Origin: an archaeon
Lineage (GTDB): Archaea; Iainarchaeota; Iainarchaeia; Iainarchaeales; CSSED10-239
Reading direction: 5' to 3'
Length of the DNA: 8,379 nucleotides
Assembly (NCBI GenBank): GCA_035357435.1
Contig: DAOPNM010000018.1
Location: forward strand, 1 to 8,379
This document shows, piece by piece, positions 1-4,894 of this stretch. The notes under the pieces were generated by a model that was given only the letters and a program-made list of their open reading frames with translations, made no database searches and had not been told where the DNA came from. How positions within the stretch are numbered: the stretch's first letter is position 1; every line of letters begins with the position of its first letter. Both the position numbers and the translations under genes were made by a program.

Positions 1-263
1 CAGTTTCACCAGTTTCATTTTCTGCAACAAATCTTGTTAAGTTAGATACTGCAGCACCAGCAGGTAAGAAAATAATTGTTGGTGGTCAAAATGCAAATAA
101 CTTAGCAAAAATACAATATGGTCTTGAAGATTTGCTTACCCAATCTGGTAATTATGTAATGGGTAAAGCAACAAACGGAGATATTGTTGTTGCAGGTTAT
201 AACTGGGAAGACACACAAGCAGCTGCAGAAGACCTAATAGATATCATCGAAGGTTTCCAATAA
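1..263 (+). CDS. 3' end of a partial ORF (frame starting at nt 3, TAA stop at 261-263), possibly the C-terminus of an archaeal S-layer or surface protein
   Basis: My own translation of the open frame to the window edge is VSPVSFSATNLVKLDTAAPAGKKIIVGGQNANNLAKIQYGLEDLLTQSGNYVMGKATNGDIVVAGYNWEDTQAAAEDLIDIIEGFQ*. The VGG..N...L and VVAG....DT.AA...L pattern resembles, from memory, C-terminal repeats of methanogen/DPANN-type S-layer proteins. A strong hairpin plus multi-T terminator follows. The function call is tentative; the coding call is better supported. Confidence 0.5.
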   Translation, partial: VSPVSFSATNLVKLDTAAPAGKKIIVGGQNANNLAKIQYGLEDLLTQSGNYVMGKATNGDIVVAGYNWEDTQAAAEDLIDIIEGFQ

Positions 264-278
264 ATACCATAAATAAAT

Positions 279-321
279 AAAAAGGGATTTTTTCCTTTTT
301 TATTTTCTTTTTTTTCTTTTT
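279..321 (+). terminator. Hairpin plus multiple oligo-T tracts terminating the upstream surface-protein gene
   Basis: AAAAAGGGA (279-287) can pair with TTCCTTTTT (292-300), giving 9 bp with one G-U and a TTTT loop. It is followed by T4 (303-306), T8 (308-315) and T5 (317-321). Oligo-T tracts are the established archaeal termination signal. Confidence 0.5.
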
Positions 322-334
322 AAAAAAATATCTA

Positions 335-343
335 TTTTTATAT
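335..343 (+). promoter_or_regulatory. Candidate archaeal TATA box for the JAMM gene, with an A-rich BRE-like stretch upstream at 322-328
   Basis: TTTTTATAT is centred about 26-27 bp upstream of the ATG at 366. This is the canonical TATA-to-TSS distance in archaea and implies a leaderless mRNA. No Shine-Dalgarno is visible. AT-rich background makes TATA-like words common. Confidence 0.35.
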
Positions 344-365
344 TGTTTTTATCTTATGTTTGTTT

Positions 366-737
366 ATGTCTTGGAAAATAAAAAAGAATGTTTTAGATTC
401 AATCTTAGCTTTTTCAAAAGCTTTTTATCCAAATGAGTTTTCTGCTCTTCTTTTTTGTGATTTAGATACTCATGTTATTAAAGATATTTATTTTCTTCCA
501 GGTACCTATTCAAACGATCATTCTGCTTATTTAAGATTGGATTTAGCACCTATGTCTTTAAGTTTAGTAGGCTCTATACATTCTCATCCAACAGGTAAAG
601 GTAAACCATCTTTAGCAGATCTTAATTTTTTTTCATCAAAAGATATTAATATTATTACTTATTTTCCTTTTTGTTTAGATTGCTATGAATGTTATAATAG
701 TAAAGGGGAAAAGATTTCTTTAGAAATAGTTGATTAA
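366..737 (+). CDS. Minimal stand-alone JAMM/MPN+ (Mov34/JAB) zinc metalloprotease, AfJAMM-like
   Basis: The complete JAMM signature is visible. The Glu lies in YPNEFSALL and is followed by H-S-H-PTGKGKP-S-LA-D, which is HxH-x7-S-xx-D. The size (about 123 aa) and C-terminal CYNSKGEKISLEIV resemble the Archaeoglobus AF2198 JAMM as I recall it. The ORF track starts at TTG 360. I prefer ATG 366 (MSWKIKK...) given the TATA spacing. Confidence 0.85.
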   Translation: MSWKIKKNVLDSILAFSKAFYPNEFSALLFCDLDTHVIKDIYFLPGTYSNDHSAYLRLDLAPMSLSLVGSIHSHPTGKGKPSLADLNFFSSKDINIITYFPFCLDCYECYNSKGEKISLEIVD

Positions 738-757
738 ACTATTTTTTAAAAATCTTT

Positions 758-800
758 TATTTTTTATAAAAAATAGGCAAACTTTTTTAAAGTTTGGCAA
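758..800. promoter_or_regulatory. Two abutting palindromes in the JAMM-grpE spacer, either a bidirectional terminator or an operator candidate
   Basis: TATTTTTTATAAAAAATA (758-775) is a perfect 18-bp palindrome. It is immediately followed by GG-CAAACTTT-ttt-AAAGTTTG-GC (arms 778-785 and 789-796, perfect 8 bp). GGCAA occurs as a direct repeat at 776-780 and 796-800. Confidence 0.3.
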
Positions 801-881
801 TCTTGTTTTATAAATTTTTCTTTACTTATATATTTCAGGATATCATTTTTTTGTTTTTAAAAAGAAGTTTTTTTTAAAACA

Positions 882-897
882 TTTTTTTTAAAAAATT
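882..897 (+). promoter_or_regulatory. Candidate TATA/BRE-like element for grpE, with alternative TATA-like words at 806-815 and 826-833
   Basis: T8A6TT is centred about 27-33 bp upstream of ATG 923, which would give a very short leader. TTTTATAAAT (806-815) and TTATATAT (826-833) are better TATA matches, but they would put several oligo-T tracts into the 5' UTR. This cannot be resolved from sequence alone. Confidence 0.25.
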
Positions 898-922
898 AAG
901 ATTTATTAGGGTAATAGAAACT

Positions 923-1633
923 ATGGAAAATAAAAAACATAATTTTAGTAAAGAAAAGGAACAATCAACAAGTAGTCCTTCTAGTGATGCCTCACAAACA
1001 GTTAATCAAAAAGATCCATCAGTACATCCTATTCCAAATAATGTTTCAAAAGAACCAAATAAAGAAAACAAATCAGAACAAACTAAAGAAAATAATGTTA
1101 ATGAAACAAAAGAAAATAAATCAGAACCAACTGAACAATTAAGTAAAGATAATAAAGAAAACAATGTTATTGAAAATAATCAAAATCTTTCAAAAGAAAA
1201 AGAGTATTTAGATTTATTACAAAGAGTTACAGCAGATTTTGATAATTATAAAAAAAGAATGTCTAAACAATTAGATTTAATTGTTTTTACAGAAACTTCT
1301 AAGTTTATAAATAGTTTTTTAGAGTTTTATGAAGTTCTTAAAAAAGCAGTTATACATGAACAAAATCAAGAAACAAAAAATAATCTTTCTCAATTACAAA
1401 CATTGTTTGAAAATGTTTTAAAGAAATATAATATTGAAAAAATAGATGTTTTAAATAAAGATTTTGATTATAATACAAGTGAGTGTATAGAAACAAGAAA
1501 CGTAGATGATAAAACCCACAATAATAAGATTATTGAAGTTATTGAAGATGGTTTTCTTTATAATAATAAATTAATTAAACCAGCAAAGGTTGTTGTTGGT
1601 AAATATTTAGATAATAATGATTTAAAGAAATAA
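923..1633 (+). CDS. grpE: GrpE nucleotide-exchange factor for DnaK, divergent, with a low-complexity N-terminal extension
   Basis: LDLLQRVTADFDNYKKRMSKQ matches the GrpE long-helix motif (L.R..A(D/E)F.NY(R/K)KR). The C-terminal DFDYNTSECI and IEDGFLYNNKLIKPAKVVVGK match the FDP..HEA and GY....(L/I)(R/K)PA.V.V beta-domain motifs. The gene sits immediately upstream of dnaK-dnaJ. Confidence 0.85.
   Translation: MENKKHNFSKEKEQSTSSPSSDASQTVNQKDPSVHPIPNNVSKEPNKENKSEQTKENNVNETKENKSEPTEQLSKDNKENNVIENNQNLSKEKEYLDLLQRVTADFDNYKKRMSKQLDLIVFTETSKFINSFLEFYEVLKKAVIHEQNQETKNNLSQLQTLFENVLKKYNIEKIDVLNKDFDYNTSECIETRNVDDKTHNNKIIEVIEDGFLYNNKLIKPAKVVVGKYLDNNDLKK
1061..1177 (+). repeat. In-frame imperfect tandem repeat inside the grpE 5' region
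   Basis: KENKSEQT (1061-1084), KENNVNET (1085-1108) and KENKSEPT (1109-1132) are followed by a 7-aa spacer and then KENNVIEN (1154-1177). The pattern is an alternating A-B-A-spacer-B arrangement of 24-nt units, visible at DNA level as aaagaaaa(c/t)aa... Confidence 0.6.
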
Positions 1634-1655
1634 AAAAAATTATATTTAATAAAAA

Positions 1656-1662
1656 GGAGTGA
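1656..1662 (+). promoter_or_regulatory. Shine-Dalgarno site for dnaK
   Basis: GGAGTGA lies 6 nt upstream of ATG 1669 and is complementary to the 16S 3' end consensus. The 35-nt grpE-dnaK gap contains no T-run, consistent with co-transcription. Confidence 0.6.
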
Positions 1663-1668
1663 TTATTT

Positions 1669-3552
1669 ATGGCACAAGAAAAAATATTAGGAATTGATTT
1701 AGGTACAACCTTTTCAGCTATGGCTGTTGTTGAAGGTGGTAAACCAGAAATTATTATTAATGCAGAAGGTGCAAGAACAACCCCTTCTGTTGTTGCATAT
1801 TCAAATGGAAATATTATTGTTGGTGCATTAGCTAGAAGACAAGCTATTGCAAACCCTACAAATACTATTTATTCTATTAAAAGAAAAATGGGTACTTCTG
1901 AAAAAGTAAAGTTAGGAGATAAAGAATATACTCCAGAACAAATATCAGCAATGATTTTACAGAAACTAAAAAGAGATGCAGAAGAAGCTTTAGGTCAAAA
2001 AATAACAAAAGCAGTTATTACAACTCCTGCATATTTTTCAGATGCTCAAAGAAAAGCAACAAGGGATGCAGGAAAAATAGCAGGTTTAGATGTTTTAAGA
2101 ATAGTAAATGAACCAACAGCAGCTGCATTAGCTTATGGTTTAGATAAAAAACAAGCACATACAGTTTTAGTTTTTGATTTTGGTGGAGGTACCTTTGATG
2201 TTTCTATTTTAGAGTTAGATAATGGTGTTTTTGAAGTAAAAGCAACAAATGGAGATACAAAGTTAGGTGGAGATGATTTAGATCAAAGAATTATTGATTG
2301 GATGATTAAGGAGTTTAAAGCAAAAGAAGGAATAGATCTTTCAAAAGATAGAGTTGCTTTACAAAGATTAAAAGATGAAGCAGAAAAAGCAAAAATTGAA
2401 CTTTCTCAAACACTTAAAACACAAATTAATATCCCATATATTACAGCAACACCAGAAGGTCCAAAACATCTTAATATGGAGTTAACAAGAGCTAAGTTTG
2501 AAGAATTATGTTTAGATCTTTTTAAAAGGTTGGAAGGTCCAACAAAACAAGCAATCTCAGATTCTAAATTGTCTTTAGATCAAATAGATGAAGTTGTTTT
2601 AGTTGGTGGTTCAACAAGAATCCCAAAAGTTCAAGAGATTGTTGAGCAATTAACTGGTAAGAAACCAAATAAGTCCATTAATCCAGATGAAGTTGTTGCT
2701 TTAGGTGCTGCTATTCAAGGTGCTGTGTTAGCTGGTGAAATAAAAGATGTACTTCTTTTAGATGTAACTCCTTTGTCTTTAGGTATAGAAACATTAGGTG
2801 GAGTTTTTACAAAATTAATTGAAAGAAATACAACTATTCCAACAAAGAAATCTCAAATCTTTTCTACAGCTTCTGATAATCAAACAGCTGTTGATATCCA
2901 TGTTCTTCAAGGAGAAAGAGCAATGGCAAAAGATAATATGACATTAGGTAGATTCCAGTTGGTAGGTATCCCTCCTGCACCAAGAGGTGTTCCACAAATA
3001 GAGGTAACTTTTGATATGGATGCAAATGGTATACTTAATGTTTCTGCAAAAGATTTAGGTACAGGAAAATCTCAGCAAATAAAAATTACAGCAACAACAA
3101 ATCTTTCTGATCAAGATATTGAAAAGATGAAAAAGGAAGCAGAAGCAAATGCAGAACAAGATAAGAAAGCAAAAGAGAAGATTGAGTTAGTTAATAGAGC
3201 AGAGACTTTAATTTATTCTGTTGAATCTTTATTGAAGGAAAGTAAAGATAAACTAGATGCAAAAGAAATAGAAGATATCACAAAAACAAAAGATGAACTA
3301 AGAAAAGCAATAGATGAAGATTCTGGAGATATTGAACAAAAAACAGAAGATTTACAAAAGAAAATATATGAGTTGTCTACAAAGATTTATCAACAAACAC
3401 AAACAGGTTCACAAGAAGGTTCAGAAACAAAACAAGATACTTCAGAAAATGATTTTTCTAAAAAAGATTCAGAAAATGTAAAAGATGCAGAGTTTAGTGA
3501 AGATGATGATGAAGAAAAAGAAAAAGGTGCATCCAAAAAGAAAAAGAAATGA
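1669..3552 (+). CDS. dnaK: Hsp70 chaperone DnaK
   Basis: Hsp70 signatures are unambiguous: [32 protein letters not shown], and the substrate-binding domain [11 protein letters not shown]...[11 protein letters not shown]. The protein is 627 aa with a TGA stop. Confidence 0.98.
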   Translation: MAQEKILGIDLGTTFSAMAVVEGGKPEIIINAEGARTTPSVVAYSNGNIIVGALARRQAIANPTNTIYSIKRKMGTSEKVKLGDKEYTPEQISAMILQKLKRDAEEALGQKITKAVITTPAYFSDAQRKATRDAGKIAGLDVLRIVNEPTAAALAYGLDKKQAHTVLVFDFGGGTFDVSILELDNGVFEVKATNGDTKLGGDDLDQRIIDWMIKEFKAKEGIDLSKDRVALQRLKDEAEKAKIELSQTLKTQINIPYITATPEGPKHLNMELTRAKFEELCLDLFKRLEGPTKQAISDSKLSLDQIDEVVLVGGSTRIPKVQEIVEQLTGKKPNKSINPDEVVALGAAIQGAVLAGEIKDVLLLDVTPLSLGIETLGGVFTKLIERNTTIPTKKSQIFSTASDNQTAVDIHVLQGERAMAKDNMTLGRFQLVGIPPAPRGVPQIEVTFDMDANGILNVSAKDLGTGKSQQIKITATTNLSDQDIEKMKKEAEANAEQDKKAKEKIELVNRAETLIYSVESLLKESKDKLDAKEIEDITKTKDELRKAIDEDSGDIEQKTEDLQKKIYELSTKIYQQTQTGSQEGSETKQDTSENDFSKKDSENVKDAEFSEDDDEEKEKGASKKKKK

Positions 3553-3560
3553 TTTTTTTT
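3553..3560 (+). terminator. T8 tract directly after the dnaK stop codon, a possible partial terminator or attenuator before dnaJ
   Basis: TGA is followed by TTTTTTTT and then AAAA. Oligo-T of 5 or more is the archaeal termination signal. However, similar T-runs also occur inside CDSs in this AT-rich sequence (for example a T-run around 4356-4362 in dnaJ), so specificity is low. Confidence 0.3.
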
Positions 3561-3598
3561 AAAACAAGAGAAACCATTCCCAGAAAAGGAAATAATTT

Positions 3599-4726
3599 AT
3601 GGCAAAGGATTATTATGAAATATTAGGTGTTCCAAAAAATGCAACACAAGAACAGATAAAGAAGGCCTTTAAAGAGCTTGCAAAAAGGTATCATCCAGAT
3701 GTAGGTGGCCCTGAAGCAGACCAAGAAAAGTTTAAAGAAATAAGTAATGCATATAGTGTACTTTCTGATGAAAACAAAAGAAAGCAATATGACATGTTTG
3801 GAGAAGCAGGGGCCTCTTCTGGATATACTGCACAAGATTTTTCTGGGTTTAGTGGTTTTTCTGGATTTGATTTTTCAGATATTTTTTCTGATTTAATGGA
3901 TGATGATGATAATATTTTTTCTAGATTTATGCATACTACAAAACAAAGAAAAAATGCACAAGATTTAGATATTGTTCAAAATGTAACTATTGATTTTGAA
4001 ACTTCTGTAAAAGGTGGAAAGCAAAAAATAAATGTTTATAAGGATGTTCCTTGTCCTGAATGTGATGGTACAGGTTCAAAAGATAAACACAAAAGAACCT
4101 GTCCGGTATGTAATGGTCGTGGAAGAGTAGTTACTGGAAGAAAAACACCTTTTGGTACTTTTTCTGTGGAGTCTGTTTGTCAAAGATGTAAAGGAGAAGG
4201 TAGAGTTATTGATACTCCTTGTTCTGCATGTAAAGGAAAAGGATATGTTAATTCTTTGAAAATTTTAACAGTAGATATTCCTCAAGGAATAAACACAAAT
4301 GATGTTATTAATATAAAAGGAGAAGGGAATGAACGAGGTTCCTATAAAGGAGATCTTTTTTTAAGAATAACAGTTACTCCTCATGTTTTTTATAAAAGAA
4401 AAGGTTTAGATCTTTATTGTGAAGTTCCATTTTGTTATTCTGATTTTATTTTGGGAACTTCTATTAAATTAAATAGGTTTGGAGATACAATAAAATTAAA
4501 GATTCCAGAAAATACAGTTCCTGGAACGGTTTTTAGAGTAAAAAATAAAGGAATTTATGATTCTAGAAGTAGAACAACAGGTTCTTTATATGTAAAAGCT
4601 TTTGTTGCTGTTCCAGAAGATGTTTCTTCTACTTATAAGAAAGCAATAAAGAATATATCAGAGTTAGATGAAGAATATATTAAACCAGAGATTAGAAAAA
4701 ATTACAAAGATTTCATTTTAGATTAA
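3599..4726 (+). CDS. dnaJ: Type I Hsp40 co-chaperone DnaJ
   Basis: The J domain carries HPD (H32-P33-D34, nt 3692-3700). A G/F linker follows ([17 protein letters not shown]). Four CxxCxGxG zinc motifs are present at nt 4052-4243: [24 protein letters not shown] and [10 protein letters not shown]-terminal substrate-binding domain completes the protein. Confidence 0.97.
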   Translation: MAKDYYEILGVPKNATQEQIKKAFKELAKRYHPDVGGPEADQEKFKEISNAYSVLSDENKRKQYDMFGEAGASSGYTAQDFSGFSGFSGFDFSDIFSDLMDDDDNIFSRFMHTTKQRKNAQDLDIVQNVTIDFETSVKGGKQKINVYKDVPCPECDGTGSKDKHKRTCPVCNGRGRVVTGRKTPFGTFSVESVCQRCKGEGRVIDTPCSACKGKGYVNSLKILTVDIPQGINTNDVINIKGEGNERGSYKGDLFLRITVTPHVFYKRKGLDLYCEVPFCYSDFILGTSIKLNRFGDTIKLKIPENTVPGTVFRVKNKGIYDSRSRTTGSLYVKAFVAVPEDVSSTYKKAIKNISELDEEYIKPEIRKNYKDFILD

Positions 4727-4735
4727 TTTTTTTTT
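4727..4735 (+). terminator. T9 tract immediately after the dnaJ stop codon
   Basis: TAA (4724-4726) is followed by nine consecutive T. This is an archaeal-type oligo-T terminator at the operon end. Confidence 0.45.
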
Positions 4736-4747
4736 CATTTTCGCATT

Positions 4748-4878
4748 ATTTCTTGGACACTTTGAGCCCACTCCTTTCTCTTTTAATATTTGTAAAAAAT
4801 ACATAAAATAATTTTTAGGAAATAAATTAATAATTAAAGAGGGCAAGCAACTTCTCTTTTGGTGTCCAAGATTTCTTG
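4748..4878. repeat. GC-rich inverted-repeat island flanking an extremely AT-rich core; could be a structured small RNA, a bidirectional terminator or a MITE-like relic
   Basis: TCTTGGACAC (4751-4760) is the perfect reverse complement of GTGTCCAAGA (4862-4871). TTCTCTTTT is a direct repeat at 4776-4784 and 4852-4860. ATTTCTTG is a direct repeat at 4748-4755 and 4871-4878. An internal hairpin pairs AAAGAGGG (4836-4843) with TTCTCTTT (4852-4859). Hand counts give 13/25 and 16/33 G+C for the arms, against 4/55 for the core at 4784-4838. Confidence 0.3.
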
Positions 4879-4879
4879 C

Positions 4880-4890
4880 TTTTTAAAAAA
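4880..4890 (-). terminator. T5A6 module giving a T6 run on the minus strand just downstream of the polC stop
   Basis: The plus strand reads tttttaaaaaa. On the minus strand, TTTTTT begins 4 nt after the TAA stop (plus-strand 4895-4897). The module presents an oligo-T on both strands. Confidence 0.4.
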
Positions 4891-4894
4891 TATT

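Noticed and set aside
360-365. TTG at 360 as the start of the JAMM gene, as in the ORF track
   Set aside because: An ATG lies two codons downstream at 366. It sits at the canonical distance from the TATA-like box at 335-343, and the resulting N-terminus (MSWKIKK) aligns better with AfJAMM-type proteins. The TTG start cannot be excluded.
738-922. Looked for the bacterial CIRCE operator (TTAGCACTC-N9-GAGTGCTAA) and an hrcA gene upstream of grpE
   Set aside because: Neither is present. The spacer is almost pure A/T apart from the GGCAAAC...GTTTGGC palindrome.
3623-3835. Minus-strand 70-aa ORF inside dnaJ
   Set aside because: It is antisense to the conserved J domain and has a hydrophobic low-complexity translation. 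It is a shadow ORF.
3838-3900. Short DNA tandem repeats (gggtttagtggtttttctggatttgattttt...) in dnaJ
   Set aside because: This is the normal Gly/Phe-rich linker of type I DnaJ ([13 protein letters not shown]), not an independent repeat element.
4718-4804. 28-aa minus-strand ORF ([28 protein letters not shown]) in the convergent spacer
   Set aside because: It has no SD or TATA at a suitable distance. It overlaps the dnaJ stop and runs through the AT-rich core. Chance ORFs of this length are expected, and there is nothing to support coding.
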